Assembly: GCA_018882895.1 (NCBI GenBank)
Contig: VERF01000002.1
Coordinates: 10,842 to 74,841 of the forward strand
Direction of reading: 5' to 3'
Source of the DNA: Candidatus Kapaibacterium sp.
GTDB lineage: Bacteria > Bacteroidota > Ignavibacteria > Kapaibacteriales > Kapaibacteriaceae
Length of the DNA: 64,000 nucleotides
This document shows, one piece after another, positions 54,602-64,000 of the stretch. The notes beneath the pieces are model-generated. The model was not told the origin of the DNA. It searched no databases and saw only the letters and a list, made by a program, of their open reading frames with translations. Position numbers and translations under genes: made by a program. Each line of letters opens with the position of its first letter. Position 1 is the first letter of the stretch.

Positions 54602-57600
54602 GTGAACGCCATAAGACCGATCCTCGTCGTGATACTGCTACTTCTGGACCTGCCATTGGTGGCCCAGGTTGAGAGGGTACTGCCACGGCGCAGCACATCC
54701 TCGCTCGAAGGCACGTCCTTTGTGGTCGGCTTCATGCAGAATGAGATCCTCGATTTTGGCATCGATCCGCGACTTCAGATCTTCATCGCATCTCGATACG
54801 ATGCCAATGTGCTCATTGAGTCGGCGCTGACGGGAAGCAAGAACGTCATCGTCCGCGCAAACTCCGTGCATGTCGAGACGGTTTCGCCCATCCATGCGAA
54901 CGCTGCCTCGGAGATGCTTCAGCAGAAATCCATCTTCATCACGTCCGACGCGCCAGTCGTGGTCTATGTGCTGAACACGCTGATGAGATCTACCGACAGC
55001 TACGCAGCCATCCCGATTCGACATTTGGGAACGCAGTACTACAGCATCAACCGACCGACGGACCATTACCGATTCAATCGAGACGATAGATCTGCAAGGA
55101 TTCCGAGGGTGGGAGAGTTCATGGTCATGGCCGTTGAGGACTCTACGGTGGTGACCATCACGCCAGCCGCAACAACTCTGCAGATGGGCATCTCGGCACG
55201 GACACCGTTCTCGGTTTCGCTCAACAAAGGGGACTGCTACTTAGTGCAGGCACGACCTACGCGCTTCGGGCGTGATGACCTGACCGGCTCGTCGATCTCC
55301 TCGACACGGCCCGTGGCTGTTCTATCCGGACATGTGCGCACGAGTGTTCCTCTGGACTCAATCGGGACGAAGGATCACCTCGTTGAACAGCTCACCCCGG
55401 TCTCAAAATGGGGTCGGGCCTACGTAACTGCACCCTTTGCCATTACCACACGTCCCGATGTATACCGGATCATGGCTTCGTTGCCGAATCAAAGGGTCAC
55501 GCTGCTGACCAGCTCTGGCCAACGTGTCTTTACGCTGCCCAACGTGGGCAGTTGGGTCGACACGGCGTTGTCCGTTCCGGCAACGTGGAGCTCGGATGAT
55601 CCATTCTTTCTCGTGCAGCTGATGCCAAGCCAGCAGGGAAGCCAGGTGAACTTTGATCCGGCAATGGTGATCGTACCGGCTGTGGAGCAATTCGTGGACG
55701 AATGCTTGTTCCGCTTTCCTACGCTGGAGGTGGACACAACAGATCGAACACAGACTTTCTACCACTTCATCAATCTGATGGCCACGAGTGAGTCCCTTCC
55801 GACGCTCACCATTGATGGGCAGCGCGCTACAACCCGGATTCCCACGCTATCGCAGCAGATGGTCCCCGGTACCAACATCCACTGGGCGAGTTTGAAGTTG
55901 GATGAAGGAACCCATTTCGTTTCCTGCGACCGAGGATCATTCAGCGCGATCATGTATGGGACATCGAAAAACGACTCGTACGCCAACCTGGTTGGGGTAG
56001 GATTCGATCCGATCAAGAAGCAGGACCTGACGCCCCCTGTCTACACATCAAGCATTGACTGCGGCACCATAACGGGAACGGTGCGTGATGTTTCTCTTGA
56101 CACAGCGCGTTTGAAAGAAGCGCGAGTCGTCCCGGTGCAGACGTTCAACTATGCGTGGACTCTTTCGGAGCCCGTCGATTCGGCCGGTAGTATCGAGTTC
56201 TACGCCTCCGTGCGTGACAAATGGCGAGACGCCCAGCTGGTGATTCATGCCTACAATGATCGTGGAAATGGTAAGGAATGGCTGTATCGATATGATGCGC
56301 CGGACATCGAGGTCAAGCGCGACGTTGTCATCAATGCGCGACGTGGACTTGAACAATGTGACACTGTGGTGATCTATAATCGCGATACCACCCCTGTGCA
56401 GATCCGGGCCCTGACTCGAAAGGGGAATCAGCGCATCGTCGTTGTCGATCCCGCTCAGCCGTTCACCATTGCTGCTCGAGACTCGGCATTCGTGACCGTC
56501 TGCGCCACGCAGTGGGCAGATACGACGGCAATGGCTGCCTCGATCGATATTGAGTTGCCGTGTTCTCTTTTGAAGACATTCTACGTCAAGACACGTGTTT
56601 CGGCGGATCTACGGGGCGACTCGCTGGATCTTGGCGACGTCCGTGTTGGCGATACAGCCTGTGGGCGCATGGCGATCGTAAACAGTGGCGATGTGCCGAT
56701 CGACGTCAAAGAGCTGATCGCAACACGCCTTGACAGCGGCTTCGTGCTGGATACCGCAGCCTTGCGACTTCCGCGATCGATCGCGCCCGGCGATACATTA
56801 TGGGTAGATGTCTGCTACGTTCCGCGTCAGGTTGGAGAAAGCTCACGGGTCGACTCGGTGATCTCCTCTACCAACGTCAAAGCGTGGCTTGTCTGTCGTG
56901 CCCGAGGCGTTCGCCCAGATGTGCGGTCGATCATCATCGACTGGGGCGAGCGGCGTGTTGGGTCCATCAATGACACCACATTAGTTCTTCGGAACATCGG
57001 AGAAGGTTGGTGCGTCTCCACGATGTCAGGCAAGCCCCTTTCGCCATGGCTTACTGTCGATCCGGGTGCGCTTGGCAAGGGGGCACGTCTACGGAACCTT
57101 GATTCGGTTGTCATTCGGGCTTCGTATCGTCCGTCTGCACGCGATACGCTATCGGAGGACATTCCGGTTGCGATCGACTGGGCCCCGCATGAGGCAGTAA
57201 GCGTCTCGTTCCGAGGCTTCGGAGTGATGCCTGACGCCGGTGTGGAGGACATCAACTTCGGAACGATCGTGGTTGCTACGCGCAGGGATTCATTGGTCGA
57301 CCTTCTCACCACAGGATACTCCGGTGGTAGTGCTCCTCTTGGCATCACATCGGTTCGAATCATGGGGCCGGATTCGGCGAGTTTTGACTTTCCACAGTCG
57401 CTTCTTCGTTCAGCTGGTTCGGTTCGCCCCTTGCCGTCGATCTTGCGTGACGTCGTCACCTTTGCACCTGCTAGACTTGGGTTGCACGAGTGTTTCGTTG
57501 AGTTCGAACATGATGCCGAGCCGGTCGGTAGACTTGGTCGGAGCCGTTTCCGCGTCTATGGAAGGGCCATTGATACGCCGAGAGCCGATGTGGTGATGCG

Positions 57601-58600
57601 CGTTGACACGCGACTTCGCGTCAGAACCTGTACCGACGAGCCGGTAACGATCGAGATAGCGAACCAAGGAATGGTTTCAACAAGGATCGACTCCGTCAGG
57701 GTAAATGTTGGTGCCGAGGTTGTAGACATCGGCACCAAGGAAGGTTCCTTCGAACTGCGTCCGGGACAGACCTGGCGCCATAGTTTTCTTCATCGCTGGG
57801 ACACTACGTCCAAAGGCATGGTCGTGCTTCGTGTGGTTGATTCATCCGGTGCGCGCTATGCTGACACGTTGAACGTTGAGATCGTTCAGGCACGGGCGTC
57901 CATCTCGGCAGCGTTCCTCAACAATACCGGCTCAACGGTCGGTCCGGCCTGGCTGGGGCTGACGGCGGAACTGGAAGACGCACAGGATGTCGACGTACCA
58001 ATTGGCCTGAGTATCGTCATTGACCGAAGTCGGTTTGATCTCGGGGCGCTCGATTCTTGTCTTGCATCAGTGCAGGTAGGGGGCTCATCACAACCGCTTC
58101 CGGTGACCATCGCTCAGGAGCAGGGGCGGATCACCATCCAAAGCATGGCTGCGATCCGAGGGCCATGGATCGTTTCGTGTCGGATCTTTGGTACGGTGCT
58201 CTGGAAGGACCCGGACCCCGACAGCCTCGTGGCGATGCTCGACCCAACGCCGTGCTACCGCGCGCAAGGGTCAGAACCCGTTGAGTTTGGTGTTGAACCG
58301 TGCGGCTCGCGGCGCAGGATCGTCAACATCGGGTCGCGTCCCGGCATCACGGTCACACCCCTTGGGCAGCCGTTCCGAGGCCAGATCAGCCTGGCCATTG
58401 AAAGCTCGGAACAGACCACCGGTTCGGTATGGGCGGAATCGCTCTCGGGCGAGCAATTTCTGGTGGCCGAACATTTGTCTTTGCAAAAGGGACCTCAGCA
58501 TTGTAATTTCTCATGTTCGAGATGGTCATCCGGGCTCTATCGTCTGGTATTCAAGCTCGAACGAGGGGTCGAAGTCACGAACATCATCATCGTCAACTAA
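54602..58600 (+). CDS. Giant secreted surface protein: IgGFc-binding-like N-terminal module, multiple Ig-like (choice-of-anchor-D/ASH-like) domains, and a T9SS C-terminal sorting domain
   Basis: GTG start with signal peptide ILVVILLLLDLPLVAQ. The N-terminal module is shared with the ORF at 62076. Repeated units such as LDLGDVRVGDTACGRMAIVNSGDVPIDV. C-terminus GLYRLVFKLERGVEVTNIIIVN. Confidence 0.85.
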   Translation: MNAIRPILVVILLLLDLPLVAQVERVLPRRSTSSLEGTSFVVGFMQNEILDFGIDPRLQIFIASRYDANVLIESALTGSKNVIVRANSVHVETVSPIHANAASEMLQQKSIFITSDAPVVVYVLNTLMRSTDSYAAIPIRHLGTQYYSINRPTDHYRFNRDDRSARIPRVGEFMVMAVEDSTVVTITPAATTLQMGISARTPFSVSLNKGDCYLVQARPTRFGRDDLTGSSISSTRPVAVLSGHVRTSVPLDSIGTKDHLVEQLTPVSKWGRAYVTAPFAITTRPDVYRIMASLPNQRVTLLTSSGQRVFTLPNVGSWVDTALSVPATWSSDDPFFLVQLMPSQQGSQVNFDPAMVIVPAVEQFVDECLFRFPTLEVDTTDRTQTFYHFINLMATSESLPTLTIDGQRATTRIPTLSQQMVPGTNIHWASLKLDEGTHFVSCDRGSFSAIMYGTSKNDSYANLVGVGFDPIKKQDLTPPVYTSSIDCGTITGTVRDVSLDTARLKEARVVPVQTFNYAWTLSEPVDSAGSIEFYASVRDKWRDAQLVIHAYNDRGNGKEWLYRYDAPDIEVKRDVVINARRGLEQCDTVVIYNRDTTPVQIRALTRKGNQRIVVVDPAQPFTIAARDSAFVTVCATQWADTTAMAASIDIELPCSLLKTFYVKTRVSADLRGDSLDLGDVRVGDTACGRMAIVNSGDVPIDVKELIATRLDSGFVLDTAALRLPRSIAPGDTLWVDVCYVPRQVGESSRVDSVISSTNVKAWLVCRARGVRPDVRSIIIDWGERRVGSINDTTLVLRNIGEGWCVSTMSGKPLSPWLTVDPGALGKGARLRNLDSVVIRASYRPSARDTLSEDIPVAIDWAPHEAVSVSFRGFGVMPDAGVEDINFGTIVVATRRDSLVDLLTTGYSGGSAPLGITSVRIMGPDSASFDFPQSLLRSAGSVRPLPSILRDVVTFAPARLGLHECFVEFEHDAEPVGRLGRSRFRVYGRAIDTPRADVVMRVDTRLRVRTCTDEPVTIEIANQGMVSTRIDSVRVNVGAEVVDIGTKEGSFELRPGQTWRHSFLHRWDTTSKGMVVLRVVDSSGARYADTLNVEIVQARASISAAFLNNTGSTVGPAWLGLTAELEDAQDVDVPIGLSIVIDRSRFDLGALDSCLASVQVGGSSQPLPVTIAQEQGRITIQSMAAIRGPWIVSCRIFGTVLWKDPDPDSLVAMLDPTPCYRAQGSEPVEFGVEPCGSRRRIVNIGSRPGITVTPLGQPFRGQISLAIESSEQTTGSVWAESLSGEQFLVAEHLSLQKGPQHCNFSCSRWSSGLYRLVFKLERGVEVTNIIIVN

Positions 58601-58611
58601 GGCAATCGGGT

Positions 58612-59427
58612 ATGAGAAAGATGGGTTACGCACTCCTTGCAACGCTTCTCCTTGCGACGTTCACCACCGCATTTGCCCAGCAGGAGATCGGAGCTCGTGC
58701 CACACCGCTCCAACCGGCCAAGCGCGCTCCGAGGATCTATCTCGGACCTGTTGCCGGCTACAATCGCTCGCTGCACTCGTCGAGTTTTCAGTCGGTCGCC
58801 GGCGACGCTCTGTGCCCGACGTTCACAAGCGGTACAGAGAACGGATACTACGTTGGAATGTCTTTTGAGTACTTGCTCGGCAAGCCGCGCGAGTCCAAAT
58901 CCTCGATCATCGCCCGCGCCGTTTACAACACGTTCCCCGCTTCGTTCGATCAAGGTGGTGACACGCTCCCTTCGCTCAACCCTGAGACGGGTGAAGTGTT
59001 CAGAAGTGCCATCCAGCACACAGCGGATATCCAGTACTCGACGTTCGATATCGAGCTGATCTATAAGCTGAACCTCTTCAATTCGAACTTTGGCGTTGTG
59101 GTAGGGCCAACAGCAGGTTTTGTCGTGGGATCTGATCGAGTTCAGCGCATGACGATCATCGACCCTGACAATGCGACGTTTGATCAGCTTCCTGGTGTCG
59201 AATACGAAAACTTCGGAAAGACGCAGATTACCGCTCGCGATCAAATCGAAGGTCGCGCCGGAATGCGCCTGGCCATCAAGGCGGGCGTTCAGTATGAAAT
59301 CGCTGTCGGACGCATCCTGGTTGTTCCGGCCGTTGCCTACAACTTTGGTATCACGAAACTGAGTGATGCCGACAACATCCGCGTCAACGCACTCCAAGTT
59401 GGGGTCGACATTCGCTTCGCGCTGTAA
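58612..59427 (+). CDS. Outer-membrane beta-barrel (porin-family/OMP_b-brl-like) protein
   Basis: The ATG at 58612 gives the signal peptide MRKMGYALLATLLLATFTTAFAQQ. Alternating hydrophobic strands. C-terminal VGVDIRFAL. Starts 11 nt after the giant gene's stop. Confidence 0.7.
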   Translation: MRKMGYALLATLLLATFTTAFAQQEIGARATPLQPAKRAPRIYLGPVAGYNRSLHSSSFQSVAGDALCPTFTSGTENGYYVGMSFEYLLGKPRESKSSIIARAVYNTFPASFDQGGDTLPSLNPETGEVFRSAIQHTADIQYSTFDIELIYKLNLFNSNFGVVVGPTAGFVVGSDRVQRMTIIDPDNATFDQLPGVEYENFGKTQITARDQIEGRAGMRLAIKAGVQYEIAVGRILVVPAVAYNFGITKLSDADNIRVNALQVGVDIRFAL

Positions 59428-59459
59428 GAGACGCTACTACCAGCTCGCCGATTATCCTT

Positions 59460-59493
59460 GATGCCCGCTCGCAGAGTGGGCATCACTATTTTT
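59460..59493 (+). terminator. Rho-independent terminator after the beta-barrel gene
   Basis: GATGCCCGCT-cgcag-AGTGGGCATC (10-bp stem with one G-T pair) followed by ACTATTTTT. Confidence 0.75.
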
Positions 59494-59534
59494 GCCCCGT
59501 CACAACACTTTGACTTCAGGGAGTACTCCTACAG

Positions 59535-60038
59535 ATGGATCAGCTATGGGCCCCGTGGAGAGGAGAATACGTCACAAAGCCCGGTGGCCAGGGGGCCGAG
59601 TGTTTCCTGTGTGCCGCATCATCCGTGACCGAAGCCGACCCTGATCTGGGATTGGTTCATGTTGCCCGACATTCGATGATCATGCTGAATAGATATCCAT
59701 ACTCTGCTGGACATCTGCTCATTGCTCCGCGATCGCATGAGGGTGCCGTAGAGGAACTCAGCGATGACCTGTATAGCTGTCTCATGAGTTCAGTCCGAAT
59801 GGCCATCCGTGCCGTTCGTAATGTCTATCAACCGCACGGCATGAACGTGGGCATGAATCTAGGAAGTGCGGCTGGTGCAGGCGTGCCCGACCATTGTCAC
59901 GTCCATGTTGTGCCACGCTGGCATGGTGACACCAATTTTATGCCGGTGATCGGAGACGTGAAGGTACTTGCCGAAGCAATGTCGGCCACGTGGCAGAAGG
60001 TTGCCGACGAGATCCGAAGGCTTGAGTCAGGCAGATGA
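59535..60038 (+). CDS. HIT-family nucleotide hydrolase/transferase
   Basis: Histidine triad HCHVHVVPRW. N-terminal CFLC motif. Confidence 0.85.
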   Translation: MDQLWAPWRGEYVTKPGGQGAECFLCAASSVTEADPDLGLVHVARHSMIMLNRYPYSAGHLLIAPRSHEGAVEELSDDLYSCLMSSVRMAIRAVRNVYQPHGMNVGMNLGSAAGAGVPDHCHVHVVPRWHGDTNFMPVIGDVKVLAEAMSATWQKVADEIRRLESGR

Positions 60039-60892
60039 GTACGAACAAGGGGTTTGCTCCACAGCGACGGTTCAGCCAGAACTTCCTCACGGACGTTTCG
60101 ACTGCTCGCGCCATCGTTACCGCGCTTGGTCTGCGCTCGGGTGACGCGGTGGTAGAGATTGGTCCGGGTAAGGGGGCGCTTACGACCCACCTGGCAGAGT
60201 CGTCAGCGCAGCGAATCATTGGCGTCGAACTTGACGAGCGGGCCGAGCAGTATCTTCTGCAGCAGCCATGGGTAAAATCAGGTAGAGTACAGGTCATACG
60301 TGCCGATGCCCTCACATTGCGGGTCAGGGACATTATTCCGGACATAGAACGCGAACATCGGTGCGTCATCGGCAACATTCCATATTCAATAACGAGCCCC
60401 CTGCTGTTCTGGCTGTTTGACCAACGAAGCGACGTTTCCAGGGCGGTGATCATGATGCAGCGAGAGGTGGCGCGGCGCTGTGTAGCTGGCGTTGGAAGTA
60501 AAGACTATGGCATTCTATCTGTCGCTACATGGCTCAACGGAGGCGCTCGCTCGCAGTTCCACGTCAAGCCCGGTTCGTTCTTTCCGCGGCCCGATGTGAC
60601 GTCTACAGTTTTGAGATTTGACTTGAGTGAGCGACCTGCAGCGGACCTGCCGGTTGAGCAATTCATGAGCTTCGTGCGTGCGGCGTTCTCTCAGCGACGT
60701 AAGGTCATGACGAATGCCCTTGCAAGTTGGGCAGGGCAACAAGGAATTGACATTCGCAACCTTTCATCTGTCTGCGGTGTCGAACTGGCGCGCACACGAG
60801 CTGAAGAGTGCACGCCAGAGCTCTTGGGTGCGATCTTTCGTCAACTCAGTGACCACATTGGAACCAATCCGGGAAGGGAATCGAAAGGGTGA
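60035..60892 (+). CDS. rsmA: 16S rRNA (adenine1518/1519-N6)-dimethyltransferase
   Basis: FSQNFLTD and VVEIGPGKGALT SAM motifs, plus GNIPYSITSPLLF. Confidence 0.92.
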   Translation: MSTNKGFAPQRRFSQNFLTDVSTARAIVTALGLRSGDAVVEIGPGKGALTTHLAESSAQRIIGVELDERAEQYLLQQPWVKSGRVQVIRADALTLRVRDIIPDIEREHRCVIGNIPYSITSPLLFWLFDQRSDVSRAVIMMQREVARRCVAGVGSKDYGILSVATWLNGGARSQFHVKPGSFFPRPDVTSTVLRFDLSERPAADLPVEQFMSFVRAAFSQRRKVMTNALASWAGQQGIDIRNLSSVCGVELARTRAEECTPELLGAIFRQLSDHIGTNPGRESKG

Positions 60893-61836
60893 AGACGCGC
60901 ATGACAGTTCGCGATGTTTGGAACATCGTACGGGAGGACGTGATTGCTGCCGACGTATACACGGCCTTCATGATGGTCCTGTACATCATCCTTTCGGTCG
61001 TCTTACATGATCACGTTCACGGTGCTATGACGGTCATCTGGACCAATGTCCTTGTGTTGGCACTTATCTCCGGGTCCATCGTTCTGGTGCGCCTAACGGG
61101 GTCGGCTGCAATCACATTCGTTCGGTACTTTTACATAGTACCTGCGATCTACATGATGTATGATCAAACGCATCTGTTTGTGGCACCCATCAACCCGCAT
61201 CTGTACGATGATCTCCTGATTCGTGCAGACCGTATGTTGTTTGGCATCGATCCCACGGTGTGGCTGCAACGGCATGCTTTTCCGGCACTGACCGAGTTCT
61301 TGCAGATATGCTATTTCCTTTTCTACTTGATGCCGGTGACTCACGCCCTTGATTTATGGTTTCGAGGGGATGTCGACCGGGTGATCCACTTCGCCCGGTT
61401 GATGTCATTTGTGTTCTTCGTTTCCTACCTGCTTTACTTCGCCTTGCCAGCCATTGGGCCACGATTTACGCTCCATGACTTTTCGGCCCTGAATAATGAG
61501 CTCCCCGGCGTATGGCTAACCGAAACACTGCGAAGCATCGTGAACATTGGGGGCGGCGTGGTCTCCGGCACGGCAGACCCCGCCTCAGTTGTCAACCGAG
61601 ACTGTATGCCGAGCGGACATACCATGCTGACGCTGGTGAACATCATACTGGCATTTAGGAATCGAAGCAGGTTTCGGTACTTGTTTCTTGTCCTTGGATC
61701 GGGCCTGATCTTTGCAACGGTTTATCTGCGGTATCACTATGTCATTGATCTCATCGTCGGGGCACTACTCGTAATACTCTGTATCCCCCTGGAAAGCCAT
61801 GTGGATAAGTATATCCGAAAAGCGACCCAAAGATGA
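60889..61836 (+). CDS. PAP2-superfamily integral membrane protein (PAP2_C / lipid-phosphate transferase-like)
   Basis: Multi-pass membrane profile. C2/C3-type motifs CMPSGHT and RYHYVIDLIVG. The start is the GTG at 60889 or the ATG at 60901. Confidence 0.75.
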   Translation: MKTRMTVRDVWNIVREDVIAADVYTAFMMVLYIILSVVLHDHVHGAMTVIWTNVLVLALISGSIVLVRLTGSAAITFVRYFYIVPAIYMMYDQTHLFVAPINPHLYDDLLIRADRMLFGIDPTVWLQRHAFPALTEFLQICYFLFYLMPVTHALDLWFRGDVDRVIHFARLMSFVFFVSYLLYFALPAIGPRFTLHDFSALNNELPGVWLTETLRSIVNIGGGVVSGTADPASVVNRDCMPSGHTMLTLVNIILAFRNRSRFRYLFLVLGSGLIFATVYLRYHYVIDLIVGALLVILCIPLESHVDKYIRKATQR

Positions 61837-62075
61837 ACTTTTACAGTTGAATCGATGTAACCTTTTGCTCGACCGCTTGTTAATTGAGGGTCATTCGGCG
61901 GACCCGAATGCGATAGCAATCATGTAGACGTGTATAACGTTCCACATTTGCAAGTTGGAAATCGCAAAAAATCGGGTATTTTATTCGACTTGGCTTGCGC
62001 GGCGATGCGTCGTGAAGTCAATTCTGACGTTGAAAACCTACCACCTTTCCTATCTCATTTTTTAGGAGAAAGTCC

Positions 62076-64000
62076 ATGCGACTTCTTTCCACAGTTTTCT
62101 GCGGGGTACTTGCGAGCGTTCTCATTACGCTGGCGGGATTCTCCACTGCCGAGGCCTCAGACGTAAAGTCGTCCGAGCGTCGTGGAACGATGGTTCTGAC
62201 CGAAGGGCGCAACTACGTGGTTGCGTTTCCGCAGGTTTGGGCCAGTACGTCTGAGAAGGCTCTCAAGCCGGCTATGCAGCTTTTCATCTCTGCAAAGCAG
62301 AAGACGAAAGTGCGCGTGCGCACGCCGGCGCTGATCAACGACAATGCGCGTCTTGATCGGGAATACACGATTGAGGCCAACAAGGTCCTCAAGATTCCGA
62401 TCGCAGAAAGCTACATGCCAACTGCATCTGAGACCAAGACCGGTTATGGCATCACTGTTGATGCCAACATGCCTGTCTCGGTTTCGACGTTCCAGGCATG
62501 GATGGGAAATGGTGAGCTTGCACGTCACCTGCCAGTTGAAGCATGGGGACGTGGTTATTACACGGCCAACATGTATCAGGATCGCTATGGTAACGAGTCG
62601 GGATACAAGTATCGCCCGTCACAGATTCTGGTGATCGCTGCACGCGATAACACGGTCATCTCCTACACGCCGACGTGGGATACCGAAGGTGGTATGGAAC
62701 AGCCTTCTGTCCGCAAGGGGCAAACGGCAACTGTCACCCTTGAAAAGGGCGAGACGTTCCTCATCCGCGGTAAGATCGACGAAAACATGAACAAGGAATG
62801 GTCAACAGACCTTTCCGGAACCTTCATCCGTTCAACCAAGCCATTCGGCGTTGTATCGGGCCATACGAAGGTTGCTATCCTGCGCTACCCAGACGTGCTG
62901 CCTCCAACCGGTATGTTCGCTGCTGAAGCGCATTTCGTCCGTAACAACGTTCACGATGCACAACTTCCGGTTGAAATGGCTGGAACGGAGTTCGTGACCA
63001 TTCCAACGATGTACACATCTGTGCGTGCCAACCCAATTGGAACGACGGGTGCTGCAATCGGTATCGAAAACGACATCGGCGATGTCGTGCGTTTCATTGC
63101 TCTGGAAGACGACACCAAGGTTTTCAAGATGCGCAGCAACGGCGATGGCCTTGCAGCCGTCCGCACACTGCGTCGCGGCGAGTCGTTCATTGAGCCTGAA
63201 ATGCGCGTTCCGACGTTCTGGAAGTCGGACAAGCCCGTGCTTGCTACTCAGTATGGTAAGTCGTATGCCAAGGTTCTGCCTCCTGCTTTTGGCAAGGACG
63301 CAGGTGACAATACTCAAGGCCACCCAACGGTGGAAGCTGGCATGCCTATGATGGAATATGTCCCATCGGCTGATCGTTGGACGAATTACGGTGTGTTCTC
63401 CTCTCCTGAGGGCATGGACAACTTCATGAACATTGTGTTCAAGACTGACGAGATCAACAAGATCAAGTTCGATGGTCGGAATCTTGGCTCAGCCCTTGGA
63501 GGCACCGCCATTAAGATTCAGGGAACGCCATATTCGGCCATCCGCGCCTCGATGGGCGTCGGCGACCACAACCTCGAATCCAGTGATCCAACGGTGCGAT
63601 GGATGGCGTGGACGTACGGTTCGCTTGACGGTATGCAGATGGGCCGCGCTTACGGCACACCGATATCGTGCGATCTGTCGATCCCTTGCGATGATTCATT
63701 GTTTGTCAAGGATCAACCAGTTTGCGGTGACATCGAAGCTGAAGGCCGCATCATTCAACGTGGCGGCAACTGCGGTTCGATTTTCGCAGTGTATCCAGAG
63801 GAACTTTCGAACTATCGTCTCGAAGTCGATCCTGATTTTGTTGGCGGAGATACCGTAGTAAACTTCAAGATCATTGTCGAAGACAAGACGAAGGATGCTA
63901 TGGCAGTGGTTCGCGTTGTGACGCGTTCTGGCAAGTTCGTCGAAAAGACATACACGTACACAGCCGACAAGATCTCGTGGAGTCCAGCCAAGATCAACTT
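62076..64000 (+). CDS. Large secreted protein, 5' part only (open to the right edge); paralogue of the N-terminal module of the 54602 protein
   Basis: Own translation, because the ORF is absent from the track (no stop in the window). ATG at 62076 preceded by AGGAG with a 7-nt spacer. Signal peptide MRLLSTVFCGVLASVLITLAGFSTAEA. Shares EG.n[FY]VV.F, LQ[IL]FI[AS] and DL[ST]G..I.ST[RK]P..V.SGH with the 54602 protein. No stop found over 641 codons. Confidence 0.8.
   Translation, partial: MRLLSTVFCGVLASVLITLAGFSTAEASDVKSSERRGTMVLTEGRNYVVAFPQVWASTSEKALKPAMQLFISAKQKTKVRVRTPALINDNARLDREYTIEANKVLKIPIAESYMPTASETKTGYGITVDANMPVSVSTFQAWMGNGELARHLPVEAWGRGYYTANMYQDRYGNESGYKYRPSQILVIAARDNTVISYTPTWDTEGGMEQPSVRKGQTATVTLEKGETFLIRGKIDENMNKEWSTDLSGTFIRSTKPFGVVSGHTKVAILRYPDVLPPTGMFAAEAHFVRNNVHDAQLPVEMAGTEFVTIPTMYTSVRANPIGTTGAAIGIENDIGDVVRFIALEDDTKVFKMRSNGDGLAAVRTLRRGESFIEPEMRVPTFWKSDKPVLATQYGKSYAKVLPPAFGKDAGDNTQGHPTVEAGMPMMEYVPSADRWTNYGVFSSPEGMDNFMNIVFKTDEINKIKFDGRNLGSALGGTAIKIQGTPYSAIRASMGVGDHNLESSDPTVRWMAWTYGSLDGMQMGRAYGTPISCDLSIPCDDSLFVKDQPVCGDIEAEGRIIQRGGNCGSIFAVYPEELSNYRLEVDPDFVGGDTVVNFKIIVEDKTKDAMAVVRVVTRSGKFVEKTYTYTADKISWSPAKIN

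Noticed and set aside
61930-62166. 78-aa ORF in the long intergenic region upstream of the 62076 gene.
   Set aside because: It overlaps the well-supported start and signal peptide of the 62076 ORF in another frame. It has no ribosome-binding site or motif and is more likely leader or promoter DNA.

Overview
This is a gene-dense chromosomal segment with about 60 CDS and one tRNA, from a moderately GC-rich Gram-negative bacterium. Several markers point to the FCB group (Bacteroidota, Chlorobiota, Ignavibacteriota or Rhodothermota-like): a fused lpxC-fabZ gene, three very large surface proteins of which the two complete ones end in T9SS-type C-terminal sorting domains, and a GWxTD protein. Unlike Bacteroidia, many genes here have Shine-Dalgarno-like sequences. 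Most of the content is housekeeping. It includes the outer-membrane biogenesis cluster uppS-bamA-skp-skp-lpxD-lpxC/fabZ-lpxA, plus ychF, queG, trxB, plsY-gpsA, xseAB, ispF, ruvX, mutL, fbaB, argS, rsfS, dapF, recN, hflX, rsmA and tRNA-Ser(GGA). Many neighbouring genes have overlapping stop and start codons (ATGA or GTGA). I saw no rRNA, CRISPR array, transposase, integrase, phage gene, toxin-antitoxin pair or recognisable defence gene. I found no convincing discrete novel multi-gene system. The features most worth a second look are: (1) a family of heptanucleotide tandem arrays (CCGTAAY and RAGTGAC) that fill three separate intergenic spacers; (2) a clpB gene reduced to its C-terminal half but still an intact ORF, followed 4 nt later by a vWA-OmpA-SPOR protein; (3) paralogous giant proteins with a shared N-terminal module, one followed by a beta-barrel gene and the other with high-expression signals; (4) an uncharacterised outer-membrane protein attached to the lipid A operon; (5) a divergent crtC-like hydratase and GT2 glycosyltransferase pair with a palindrome between them. 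All functional calls come from reading motifs by eye. No database search was run.
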